DNA of 64,000 nt from Dictyostelium discoideum (taxonomy: Eukaryota), in the NCBI GenBank assembly GCA_000004695.1, contig CM000151.3, forward strand, positions 288,001 to 352,000, in the 5' to 3' direction. Position 1 is the first letter of the stretch; every line of letters starts with the position of its first letter. The notes under the pieces are model-generated. The model was not told the DNA's origin and made no database searches. It saw only the letters and a program-made list of their open reading frames with translations. Of the stretch, positions 43,081 through 55,221 are shown in pieces. Both the position numbers and the translations under genes were made by a program.

Positions 43081-45148
43081 TAAATAAATGATGGGTTACA
43101 AAAAATTTTCAGTGTGAGATTTGAAAAAAAAAAATTAAAAAAAAAAAAATAAAAAAAATAAAAAAAAAATAAAAAAAATAAAAAAAAAAGGATATATAAA
43201 AATCAAATCTAACCATTTGTTAGATTTGATTTTTATATATCCTAAAAAGGATTTAGTAGATAAATTGTAAAAACATTCAAGATGGACAACCAAAAAAAAA
43301 AAAAAAAAAATTTTCTTTTAACGGGCGAATATATTTTATAAAAAATAATGTTTATATTGATGAACATTCAAATTAGACCCAAAAAAAAAAAAAAAAAAAA
43401 AAAAAAAATCGATAACAATTTAAATTTATTAATTTTTAATATGAATTTAGTATAGATAAATAAAGCACCCAAAAATACACAAAATGATATAAAATATATC
43501 AAAAACGAATTTAATTATTATTATTATTTTTAATTTTTTTTTTTTTTTTTTTTTTTTGGGTTCAATCGAGAAAAAAAAAATTAACTTGGCTGAAATAATT
43601 GTTTTATTTTTATTTTTTAATAATGAATTTAATCTTGATCAGTGTAAATATTTTTATTTTTTTAATTTTTTTATTTTTTTTTTTTTTTTTTTATTTTTTT
43701 TTTTTTTATTTTTTTTTGTTATCCCAGATTTTAATTTTTTATTTTTTATTCATCCCTTTTTTATTATATTTTAGTTATTTTATTTAACAACAAACACTGT
43801 TCTTTTTCTTTTATTTCTTTTAGTTTATCTTGGTCGAATTCAATGCCAAAACCATCATTATATGTTTCTTGAAGATCACCTAACATACAGAGTATTAAGA
43901 CGATTTTGTTTAAATGATCCAAATTTCCTCGGTATGTTGAAATTATTTTAAAATGATTAATTTTTTAAAAAAAAGTTTTCCACATACACACGGTTGGAGC
44001 TTACAAAATTAGGTAAAGATATATCTAGAAAAAAAAATAATAAAATAATAAAAAATAAAAAATACCAATAATATAATTATTTTAATAATAATAAAAAAAA
44101 AAAAAAATAAAAAAAATAAAAAAAATAATAATAAAATAAAATTAATAACAAAGTATTATAAGAAAGAGATTTGGTTATTTAAAATAATTACCCAATATTG
44201 GAAAGCTATCATGTTTACGAATAATTTGACCATTATTATAGTATTGTGGCTCTCTATTTTGGTCTTTTATAGTATATATTTGATCATGATCAGGAACCTG
44301 GGAATCCCTCAGGATGTAGTAAAATAATCTGTATGATCTAGTGCATACCTTACAATGAAATTTGACCACATGACTTTGCTTTTACCAGAATAGTATTTTT
44401 TTTTGGATTTGGTAATCAGTGGGAGTTTAAATATCAATAGGAGCAAGGAGCACAATTGGCAGAAGGATTTGATTTTCTTGGTGTTGGCATTTGTTTTCTT
44501 TTTTTTGGAATATGCATTTGCCGAGTATCAAGTATCATATTTTATTACCCACAAGAGAGCAAATAAGCGTTTTATTTGGGTCTGATGTGGCCAATAAATG
44601 GTCAATCAAAAATAATTGTTTACCTTTAAAAACAACATTGTTTCCTTTTTTACACTGTTCAGCAATTGCAAGTGAAAAAGCTAATATAAAACCCAATATA
44701 GATGCTTTTGGAAATATTGATGTGTTGATCCAACCAAAGGAAATAAAAAAAGTTGATGAAGAAGAATGGATCGAGAATTAATTAATTGGAAAAAAAAAAT
44801 CAAAAAAAATCAAATCAAATCAAATCAAATCAAATCAAATCAAATAAAATCCAATCCAATAAAATAAAATAAAATAAAATAGAATCGAATTAAATTAAAC
44901 AAAATCAAAAAAAAAAAAAAAAAAAAAAAAATTAATTAATTAATTAAATAAATAAATAAAATTGGATAATGCAAATTAATCTTTATTTTGTTTTTAAATT
45001 ATTATTTATTATTATTGTTTTTTATTATTTATTATTTTTTGAAATATTGCGATTTCTCGCAACTCTATTGTTTTTATCAATTTAATAATAATAAAAAAAA
45101 AAAAAAAAAAAAAAAAATTTTCATTTACAATTTTTACAAAAAATAATA

Positions 45149-46140
45149 ATGTCAACAAATAAAAAAGTTAAAACAGATAATAATAATAAAATATTTCAAG
45201 ATTTAATTGATTTTGAAATTTTAAGATATTTAATCGATTATTTATTAATCAGCAAGAAAAATAAAAATAAAAATAAAAATAATAATCAATATGAAATTAA
45301 TAGATTTTATTTTAATAGAAATGAAATATTAAATTATATATTAGTTTCAAAAAAGTGGTATAATTTTATATCATTAACAATATCAAATAATATTATTGAA
45401 AAAAAATCATTTGAACATTTGTTAGAAATTAAAAATAATAATAAAAAATCATTTATTAAAAATTATAATAATCAAAATCAATATGATAAAAATAATTTAA
45501 TTATCAAGGATCTATATTAGTTTTAATAAAGAGTTTTCAATTATAAAAATCAAAGAATCAATAATCGATGATTATTTAAAATTTAATTTATTTTTATATG
45601 GCATTACAGTTAATGATTTTAAAGAAATTAAAAAGAAATATATTTGATAATAATCAATTAGTTTATAATAGAATTGTATTTGATGTTTACTAATGATACA
45701 GATTATGATTATGGTGATTATAGTATTTTATTTAAAATACATAAATATGTATCAAATGAAAATTCAGAAATCATATCAAACTTATTTAAAATATTATAAT
45801 TAAATTTCGATCCTTTTTTAACCACTGGTTATAGCCCAAAATCTGAACATGATGAAAGTTATAAGAAATGTAGTGAAATATATTTTAATAAATTATCAAT
45901 TATGGGTTCTGATAGAGATATTAATATGGTAATTTTAGACTCCTGAAATTGATATGGATGCAAATTAAATTAATATGGCTGCTGAAATTAATATGGCTGC
46001 TTAAATTAAATTAATATGGATGCAAATTAATAAATAAATAAATAAAAAAAAAAAAAAAAAAAAATTTAATTTATAAAAAAATTTAGAATAATATTCATAA
46101 TCCATTTTTCAAAACAATAATAAAGAATAACAAATAATAA
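45149..46140 (+). pseudogene. Family member with frameshifts, a large internal deletion and an inserted palindromic-MITE fragment (45890-46030)
   Basis: ORF 45149..45520 has the family N-terminus, then breaks (..NNLIIKDLY*). The remaining frames carry KESIIDDY, NQLVYNRIV and SNENSEIISNLFKIL. A C-terminal NPFFKTIIKNNK stub lies at 46090-46140. Confidence 0.6.
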
Positions 46141-46338
46141 CTATCAGTAATAATATTAAAAAAAATAAAAAAAATAAAATAAAAGAAATAATAAAATAAA
46201 AAAGAGGTACAATTCAGGTTTCTGAATTTCTTTTTTTTCAATTTATTAATAAAAAGAATTCTTTTTAAAAAAATATTCAAACTAAATATCAACATTACAC
46301 TTTTCAAATAAATTTAGAAAATAGTATTAAAATAATAA

Positions 46339-46375
<37 letters not shown>

Positions 46376-46484
46376 ACTTTCTAAAAAAAAAACCAACTAC
46401 CAATCAAAAGATTTTTTTTTTTTTTTTTTTTTTATTTTTTTTTTTTTTTTTAATTTGTCAGACTCTTAAAAATTTAAACAAATA

Positions 46485-48395
46485 ATGTCAACATATAAAA
46501 TTAAAATAGATAATAAAATATTTCAAGATCTTATTGATTTTGAAATTTTAAGATCAATAATTAATTATTTATTAACCAGCAAAAAAAATAAAAAAAAAAA
46601 TAGTACTAATAATAGCAATACTAGTAATCAATACAAAATTAATAAATTTTATTTTAATAGAAATGAAATATTAAATTATATATTAGTTTCAAAAAAGTGG
46701 TATAATTTTATATCATTAACAATATCAAATAATATTATTAATAATAACTTTTTTGAACATTGGTTAAAAATTAATAATAATAAATCATTTATTGAAAATT
46801 ATAATAATCAAAATCAATATGATAAAAATAATTTAATTTTTAATAACAAAGGTCGTAAACAATATAAAATTAGTTTTAATAAAGAGTTTTCAATTATAAA
46901 AATCAAAGAATCAATAATCAATGATTATTTTAAATTCAATTTATTTTTAAATAATATTACAATTTATGTTTTTAAAGAAATTAAATACAAATTTGAAAAC
47001 AATCAATTACTTTATAATAGAATTGTAGTTAATATGGATACAAATTATGGTGAAGGGAATAAAGATGAAATTTTATTTAAAATACATAAATATGTATCAA
47101 ATGAAAATTCAGAAATCATATTAAATTTATTTAAAATATTAGAATTAAATCATGATTTTATGATAACCCATCTTCCGGGTTCTGAAGAGGTGGAGGATGA
47201 AGGTAATAAGAAATGTACTGAATTTCATTTAAATAATTTATCAATTTGTTGTTTTGATAGATGTGTAGGTGAAGATAGAAAAACATTAAAGATATTCAAA
47301 AATTTCAAAGGTAAAAATATAATTTATGATGGACCCAATGTTACTTATGATATTACAACATATATCGATTATTCAGTATTATTTGACCCAGACACTTCAG
47401 GTCAACAAGTTGAATCTATTAAAGTAAAAAATGAATATGAGGATTGTGCTAATTTTGTTGAAGCACGTCATTTAATCAAAGTTAATCAATTTGAAAATTT
47501 ACATTCAATTAAAATACCATTGAATTCATTTCAAATATTATCAAACTTATCTGAAGAATTGGGGTTTGATGGTTTCGATTGTTTTAAATCAGATTTTGGT
47601 TATTCAGATAATATGAAATCAGAATTAAATCAAATGATAAATTCATTTATTACAAGTAAATCTATAAAGAATTTAAAAATAACATCCATTATTTCAACAG
47701 AAGATTCTCCAATTGAATATCATACTTCTTGTGATGAAAGTAATATTCAAACTTTTATTAATAATATAAATGAAAGTAAAGAATCATTTTCAAATTCATT
47801 TAAACCATTATTTTCAGAATTGAATACATCAATTGAAAGAATTGAATTTGATTGTATGGGTTTATTAAATATCAATACATTTTCAAAATTGCTAAATAAT
47901 AAATCCATTAAATATTTATATTTATATGATAGTGATTTCATTTTTTATTCACTAAAACCAACTGGTGGTGATAGTGATGATGATGATGATGATGATGGTG
48001 ATGGTGGTAGTGCAGTACTTCAAGAAACTATTTCAATTAATCAATATTTATTTGAAAATATATTTTCATCACCATTAACATCAATTAGACATTATAAAAT
48101 TAATTTCAAAGAATCAAAACAATTAAAATTCATATTTAATTTAATATTAAATAATATTTTTAAATTACAATTATATTCATTAATATTTGTATTCAATGAT
48201 AACGAATTAATTGGTGAATTTGTTAAAGAATTTAGAAATTTAATTAATAATATTTCAACACAACAACAACAAAAATCAAATAACATAAATTTGAAAGAAA
48301 TTAAAATTGAAATGTATGATGAAAACTATTTCCAAGAATTAAATAATATTAATAGCCCATATTTCAAAACTGTAATAAAGAATTACCAATATTAA
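46485..48395 (+). CDS. Paralog-array family member (636 aa, intact); variable region is a poly-Asp run (SDDDDDDDGDGGS)
   Basis: Intact ORF with the family motifs (LFDPDTSGQQVESIKV, SPYFKTVIKNYQY). Confidence 0.75.
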   Translation: MSTYKIKIDNKIFQDLIDFEILRSIINYLLTSKKNKKKNSTNNSNTSNQYKINKFYFNRNEILNYILVSKKWYNFISLTISNNIINNNFFEHWLKINNNKSFIENYNNQNQYDKNNLIFNNKGRKQYKISFNKEFSIIKIKESIINDYFKFNLFLNNITIYVFKEIKYKFENNQLLYNRIVVNMDTNYGEGNKDEILFKIHKYVSNENSEIILNLFKILELNHDFMITHLPGSEEVEDEGNKKCTEFHLNNLSICCFDRCVGEDRKTLKIFKNFKGKNIIYDGPNVTYDITTYIDYSVLFDPDTSGQQVESIKVKNEYEDCANFVEARHLIKVNQFENLHSIKIPLNSFQILSNLSEELGFDGFDCFKSDFGYSDNMKSELNQMINSFITSKSIKNLKITSIISTEDSPIEYHTSCDESNIQTFINNINESKESFSNSFKPLFSELNTSIERIEFDCMGLLNINTFSKLLNNKSIKYLYLYDSDFIFYSLKPTGGDSDDDDDDDGDGGSAVLQETISINQYLFENIFSSPLTSIRHYKINFKESKQLKFIFNLILNNIFKLQLYSLIFVFNDNELIGEFVKEFRNLINNISTQQQQKSNNINLKEIKIEMYDENYFQELNNINSPYFKTVIKNYQY

Positions 48396-50011
48396 CTGGT
48401 AACAATATTAAAAAAAAAAATAAAATAAAATAAAAATAATAATATTCGGAAAACATTGAAACCATAATGTTAAAAATAAAAAATAAAAAATAAAAATAAA
48501 AATAAAAATAAAAATAAAAATAAAAATAAAAATAAAAATTAAAAATAGTTATAAAAATAATAATAAAAATAAAAATAAAAAAATAATAATTAAAATAAAA
48601 ATTTTGTTTGTTTAAATTATCATTTTTATCTTTAAAATTGAAAAAAAGGTCTGAAGTGATTTGGTTAATCAGTAGTTGTGAACGTGATTATGTTGTTGGA
48701 TATGTTTGTTTGTTGTTGTGATGTTTGAGTTTATTGTATTGTTGATGTATTATTAAAAGAGTGAAAATCTTGATTTTTACCAATCACTGATGCTGCATTA
48801 ACACTAACGACTAATACAATGTCATTGAATTTGAAAATTTCCTAAAATATGACCTGTCTCTACCACCTAAACTACTATTTTCTCTTCTTATACCACAATC
48901 AATACTATTTCCATCAACAGAATTTAAACTTGATAAACTTGTTGTTGATGCTACTGTTGCTGTATATTGAATTGAAGACGTAGAGCTGATAATTTTACGA
49001 CTAATTGGTAAATGATCTTTTGAAACGGATCTTAATAATTGATGGAAATAGAAACCAACTTGAAACTCACGAGGCGGTCTCTCTGGTTTTAAGAATAATT
49101 GAATCTTGAAATAGAATTGAAAAGGTTCCAATAGAATTCGTTCTGTTGTTGTTACACATGAAGATTATAATGATTCAAATTAAAGTAATGAATTCTCCCA
49201 TTTACTAACTAGATATCTAAAATGAATTCACTATTGGATATGGATCTCTCTTTATTCTTTAAAACTTCAAAAACTGACAAAACAAAAGCATCCGATTTTA
49301 AACCTGCCAATTTGGTTAGTCTATTGGTAATTTCACCACTAGTTGTGGCACTATCGATATCAACACCGCTCTGCCACGTCGTCAGGGAAAAGGAATTGAA
49401 CTTTTAATGGTACTTTTTGCCAAATGCTTCGATCTCCATATCTACACAGGTGTGTTAATGAACGTGAACCCAATTGAGTGATTGCATAGAGATAATACTT
49501 CACCACCTCTACTTTGTTTAAAAGAGTGTAAATAGTTGAAACATACTTTGAAAATCTTTATATCAGGTGCAAAGTGATAACAATTCCCAACCTAGCTTTA
49601 TTCTCTCTCTTTTACCTGGATGACCTGTCAATTGTTTAATGATTTGATAATAGATCTCATCACGTAACTCTGGATGATTTAAATGTGGTTTCTTTCTTTC
49701 TTTCTTTCTTTCTCCCATATATTGTAAAATATGTGAAAATACTAATGCTATCTTTTTAAAATTTGCAATTTATATTATTATCATTATTTGATGAAAATAT
49801 TTTATTAACAACACCTGGTGATGCAGAAAGGGTAGTTGATGGACAAAAGCCAAACTAGTAATACCTTGTGGTGTGAGGGTTTGAATAGAGAAAAATCTGG
49901 AATTTTTCTGAATATACCTTTACCAGTGGAGAGATAATCGATAGCCAACGTTCGGGAACAGAAAGCAACGATTGGAATTACAATTTACTATTACCGTACT
50001 ACTACTACTAT

Positions 50012-50059
<48 letters not shown>

Positions 50060-50296
50060 CACTTCTACAATCTTTACTATTCTTTCCAATTGGTGCTATC
50101 ATCTGGAGTTTAATTTCTATGAATCCATAACCTATCTGTTATTTTGTAACTAATTCGAGCGTATTATGCCTGCGAGAAACTCAAAAAGATATCTCAATTT
50201 TTTAATTTTTTTTTTTATTTTTTTAATTTTTTTTATTTTAATTTTTTTTTTTTTTTTTTTGAAATCTTCCCTCTTATATAATTTAAACAAATAATA

Positions 50297-50470
50297 ATGT
50301 CAACAAATAAAAAAGTTAAAACAGATAATAATAATAAAATATTCCAAGATATTATTGATTTTGAAATTTTAAGATCTATTATCAATTATTTATTAACCAG
50401 CAATAATACTAGTAATAATAATAATAGTAATCAATATAAAATTAAAAAATTTTATTTAAATAGAAATGAA
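50297..50470 (+). pseudogene. Family N-terminal fragment truncated by insertion of the hairpin-repeat element
   Basis: Leader + MSTNKKVKTDNNNKIFQDIIDFEILRSIINYLL...KIKKFYLNRNE. It ends where the repeat sequence GCAGGTATCTATTGG... begins, followed by the reverse copy of the 4741-4920 hairpin repeat at 50555-50640. Confidence 0.55.
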
Positions 50471-50872
50471 AAAGCAGGTATCTATTGGTTAGATAAGCAT
50501 TCACTGATTTAGTCGATAATATTAAGATTGATGAATATAAAAAGAGATAAATTTTAGCATATAGCTTTTTATTTTAAGGGATAGGCCCCATTTTCAAAAA
50601 ATGACGGGGAACCTATGACCCTGTGTGCACCAAATACAGTAGGTTACTATGTCAACGATCTCCTTTACACAATGTCATCACCACATTCAACTTATTATGA
50701 GGCCACTGACACACCCAAAGGTACAACTTACTTTGTTTTAGTAGTTACAATAAAATTGTTCAAATTAATACACAAAATGATATGAAATATAAAAAAAATG
50801 AATATTATAATTCTATTTTTAGAATTTTTTTTTTTTTTTTAATTTATTATCATAAAAACATTTTTGGTTGTG

Positions 50873-50908
<36 letters not shown>

Positions 50909-50948
50909 AACATTAACCAGTCAGGTACGCTCTATAAACAAAATATAA

Positions 50949-51039
50949 TGTCAACAAGTAAAAAAATTAAAACAGATAATAATAATAAAATATTTCAAGA
51001 TCTTATTGATCTATAACCAATTATTTATTAACCAGCAAA

Positions 51040-51109
<70 letters not shown>

Positions 51110-51440
51110 TTTCTTTTTAAAGTTGAAAAAAAAAAAAAAAGGTATGCTACAAGAAATCAAAAAATTCTTCGAAAATTAATGAAGTTTTTTTACATTATAT
51201 AATGATAAGGAATTAGTTGATGAATTTATTAAAGAATTTAAAAATCTAATAAATAATATTTCAACAAAACAAGAACAAAAATCAAGAAACATATTTTTTA
51301 AAGAAATTTCTTTACGTATTAATATGATTCAATTCTTCTAAATACGTAAATAAGTATTTAGAAGAATTGAATCATATTAATAATCCATTTTTCAAAACAA
51401 TAATAAAGAGTTACCAATTACAATACAAAACTATCAGTAA
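50949..51440 (+). pseudogene. Family member with a massive internal deletion (N-terminal 20 codons fused to a C-terminal tail)
   Basis: ATGTCAACAAGTAAAAAAATTAAAACAGATAATAATAATAAAATATTTCAAGATCTTATTGAT, then (AAT)n, then ...ELVDEFIKEFKNLINNISTKQEQKS...LEELNHINNPFFKTIIKSYQL. Confidence 0.5.
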
Positions 51441-52029
51441 TTATATTTAAAAAAAATAAAATGAGGTACATCTTAATCAAGGTTTCTATTTCAATTAATT
51501 ACAATTACTAATAAATAATTTGAAAATTATCAAACCAAATATCAACATTCTATTTTTCAAATAAAATTAATAATATAATTTATTTATTTTTATTTGTTTT
51601 TTTATAATTTATTAATTTACTTTTTTTTCACTATTTTTTTTTAATTGAAAAGGGGTAGGGGTGAAAAAAAGAAAAAAAAAGGGAAAATGTAAAGGTGAAT
51701 AATTTCTGAAAAAAAAAAAAAAAAAAAGTGGAAAATTCCACAATAAAATTTTAACTCAATCTAATAAAAATGCCTCAATAATAATGTTTTAAATTTCAAA
51801 TGTATCATTCTTCCATATGATGTTTCTGAAACCAATAAATTCCCTTCCCATGGACTTCTGATGATCCTCTTGATATAGCCATCAACCTTCCAGATTGTTA
51901 TGAATATAGTATACAATAGTGTTAGCCAATTTCCGGAAAAAAAATCCAATTTATGGCGGAAAATGGAAAATGGAAGATTTTCCAATATATTTTTAAATAG
52001 TGGAAATAATTGGAAAAAAGATTATAATG

Positions 52030-52091
<62 letters not shown>

Positions 52092-53329
52092 AATCAAATC
52101 AAATCAAATCAAATCAAATCAAATCAAATCAAATCAAATCAAATCAAATCAAACCAAATCAAATCAAATCAAATAAAATAGAATCTAATCAAATTAAACA
52201 AAATCAAAAAAAAAAAAAAAAAAAAAAAAAATAAATAAAATTGGATAATGCAAATTAATCTTTATTTTATTTTTAAATTATTATTTATTATTATTGTTTT
52301 TTTTATTATTTTACCTTTATTTTTTTTTTTTTTTAATTAATAATCGTCAAGATATTACAAAAAAAAAATAAAAAATAAAAATTAAATTTAGTAATAGTTT
52401 AAAAAATAAAGAGTATTTTTATTATTTATTTTTTTTATTTTAAAAATTTTACCAAAACAAAGTCTGCTAGTTTTTTTTTACTTTTTATTTTTAGCCTTAT
52501 TTTTATAAAAATAATTAGTCGTTAAAACATATCATTTATGTTCAATATACAAACTATACTTACTCAGAATCTACAAATTTTTATCCGTTAATTGTGGTTA
52601 TAAAGTGTTTTTAATTTCAAATATTATATAAAAAAAATAAAATTTTAAAAATAACCAATTTGTAATAAAAACAAATAAAAATTATGTAACTATTTGTAAA
52701 ATAAACTTTTCAAATAAATAATATTAATAATTATAGAAAAAGATTTTTAAGTTATCATTATTTTTTTTTTTTTTTTTGGTTTTGTTATTTTTTTTTTAAT
52801 ATGAAATTTGTAATATTATTAAAATGGTATTTTTAGATGATAACTGTTAAAAAATGTGGTTAAATTTTATGAAACTTTTATAAAAACTTAGTGTGTTTAT
52901 TTGATTTTTTTTTTTGTTTTTATTTTTTTTTCTCACTTTAGTAAAAAAAAAAATAAAAAAAAAAAATAAAAAATTAATGAATAATAAATAAATTGAATTG
53001 GGTGACCCATAATTAATAAATAATTAAAAAAAAAAATTTTTTGCTGACCCTGGTTAATTGAAAAAAAAAAAAATGGAAAAAATATTATATTAATATGGAA
53101 GTTTTTAAAAAAAACATGGAATGGAAGGGAAATTAAAAAAAACACCCTTTTTTTCCAAAAGTGGAAAAAGGTCGAACACTGGTATACAAGTTTGAATGAT
53201 AATTTTTTGATCACTTTAAACCTTACCAAAAAAACACATATTTTTTTTTTAATCATAATTTTTTTTTTATTACAATTCAATTCTGAAAAAATTTTATAAT
53301 TTTTTATTTTTGTTTTCATTGTTTCAGAT

Positions 53330-53751
53330 CTAATAATGAAAAACTTTTTTTGGTTGTCTACTTAGATATATTGTAACAAAGATTAAATTCATTAAGTTAT
53401 CTGCTCTTCTCCATGAGCCCTTAGATGATGGAGGAATATCAAATTCTTCTCCTCCGTATTCAATTTTACCTGTTATTACTTTAAATTCTTTATTGGTTAA
53501 AATTGGGCCTTCAATTGTGTATCCAGAAAGTCTAAAAGTATATGGTGCAGGATAAGGTAATATAGGTAGAGGATACTCTATATTTTTAAAAAAGCCAGAA
53601 GAATGAAATTAAATGTTTATTTTTTAATATATAAACTAAAATTAAATATTTATAAATTAATAATTCTAATTAACCTACCTGTACCACTTATTGTTGATCT
53701 CCCTTTATCAGTAAATATTGTAATTTTAAATTCAGGCACTTCTTCAGCCAT
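53330..53751 (-). CDS. Paralog of the small two-exon gene (about 106 aa): exon 1 53751..53679, intron 53578..53678, exon 2 53577..53330
   Basis: MAEEVPEFKITIFTDKGRSTISGT | EYPLPILPYPAPYTFRLSGYTIEGPILTNKEFKVITGKIEYGGEEFDIPPSSKGSWRRADNLMNLIFVTIYLSRQPKKVFHY*. The 73-nt exon 1, the phase-1 intron and the stop position match the copy at 18087..18509, while amino-acid substitutions keep the frame. Confidence 0.6.
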
Positions 53752-54261
53752 TCTATAATTTATTTATTTATTTTAATTTAAAGTTAAAATTTAAATAAAT
53801 ATTTTTTTTTTATTTTGAAAGATGAAAAAAAAAGATTAAATACTAAAAAAAAAAGAATGAAAAGAAAAAAAAAAAAGAAAAAAAAGAAAAAAATTAAAAA
53901 TATTGTTTTATTACTATGATCCAATTATTCAAAATATCATAATAATCTCTCTCATATCTCCATTAAAAAAAAACAGAACTAAAATTATTAAAAAATTACA
54001 ATAAATCATCTTCACCCCATTGTTAACCAAAACAGTTTTTTTTTTTAATATTGGCTGAAAAAAAAATTTTAGAAAATTCATTATTTTATTAGATATTTTA
54101 TGACACGTAATTTCTCACTTTTAATAAAGAGATTGTAATTTAATAAAATTTTTAACAAATTAATATTAATTAATAATATATCATATTTTAATATAAAATT
54201 ATCATTAAATAATAAAAAAAGAATTAGCCCATAATAAAAATACAAATAAATATTAATTACA

Positions 54262-54400
54262 CCCCCAACGAGCAAAATGACTACGTAACCCCTGTAAGCG
54301 GCTAATAGGCCTGTAAGACGAATAGCCGGATTTGTGGGCTACACTGGTTGTAAGGATTACAAGGGCTACTAACCGCTTATAGGGGTTATGTAGTTATTTG
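54262..54400. repeat. Second copy (inverse orientation) of the GC-rich palindromic element
   Basis: Reverse complement of 17425-17560 with 5 substitutions, three of them in the stem arms (CTTATAGG, TTATGTAGTT). Confidence 0.55.
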
Positions 54401-54850
54401 AATTCGTTTAAAAATAATATTCAACGAAATTTCAAACAAAGAAATAAACAAATATATTTATATATAAATTTGCTTATTTCTTTGTTTGAAATTTCATTGA
54501 AAAAAAATAATAAAATTTCATTAAAAAAAATAAATAAACGGAATTCCATAAAATAAATAAAAAATAAATAAACAAATAAACAAATAAATAAATAAATAAA
54601 TAAATTTAATTTTCAATAACATTTAATTCCTTTATTTTTAAAATTTTTTAATCTGAACTAAAATTTTTTTTTTTTTTTTTTTTTCTAAAATTAATATTAG
54701 TATATCATAATAAAGATTGTAAAACTTTTGTTTATTTTAAGTGAATATTTATGAATTACAATTTTTTTTTAAATGTTACAAATGTCGCTGTATTTTTTTA
54801 AGTGTTACAAAATGTTTTTTATTGGTTTTTTTTTTTTTTTTTTTAAATTT

Positions 54851-54883
<33 letters not shown>

Positions 54884-55221
54884 CTAAATAAAATCCGTTA
54901 CACCATAAAAATGTTTTTTATTTGTTTTTTTTTTTATTTTTTTTTTTATATTTTTTTTTATATTTATTTATTTTTTTTTTTTTTTTATTTTTTAATTTCC
55001 CCCACCACCACAACAATGAAAAATAATTTATATATTTAAATTATTTTAATCATCTTTAATTAATAAGATGATAAAGATAATGATAATAATTGTGAATTAG
55101 AGAAAAAGAATTTAAAATCAATTAAAGAAATTGCAAAATCATATTGTATAGAAATAAATCACTTAAATAAACAAGAAATAATTGAAAGGATTAAAATTGT
55201 AAAAAAAAAGAAAAAGAGAAT

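Noticed and set aside
44175-44781. Short ORFs 44175..44369 (-), 44403..44585 (+) and 44491..44781 (+)
   Set aside because: The composition is somewhat protein-like (for example ...LPTREQISVLFGSDVANKWSIKNNCLPLKTTLFPFLHCSAIASEKANIKPN...), but there are no domain matches by eye, no splice structure could be resolved, and the frames overlap. Left uncalled.
48811-49131. 106-aa ORF inside the insertion that distinguishes the second MyTH4-repeat copy
   Set aside because: Ser/Thr-rich low complexity. It partly resembles sequence near 62700-62900 but has no consistent frame, so it is likely repeat-derived.
52933-55039. ORFs 52933..53319 (-) and 54773..55039 (+): Phe/Lys-rich
   Set aside because: Poly(T)/poly(A)-driven frames in intergenic DNA.
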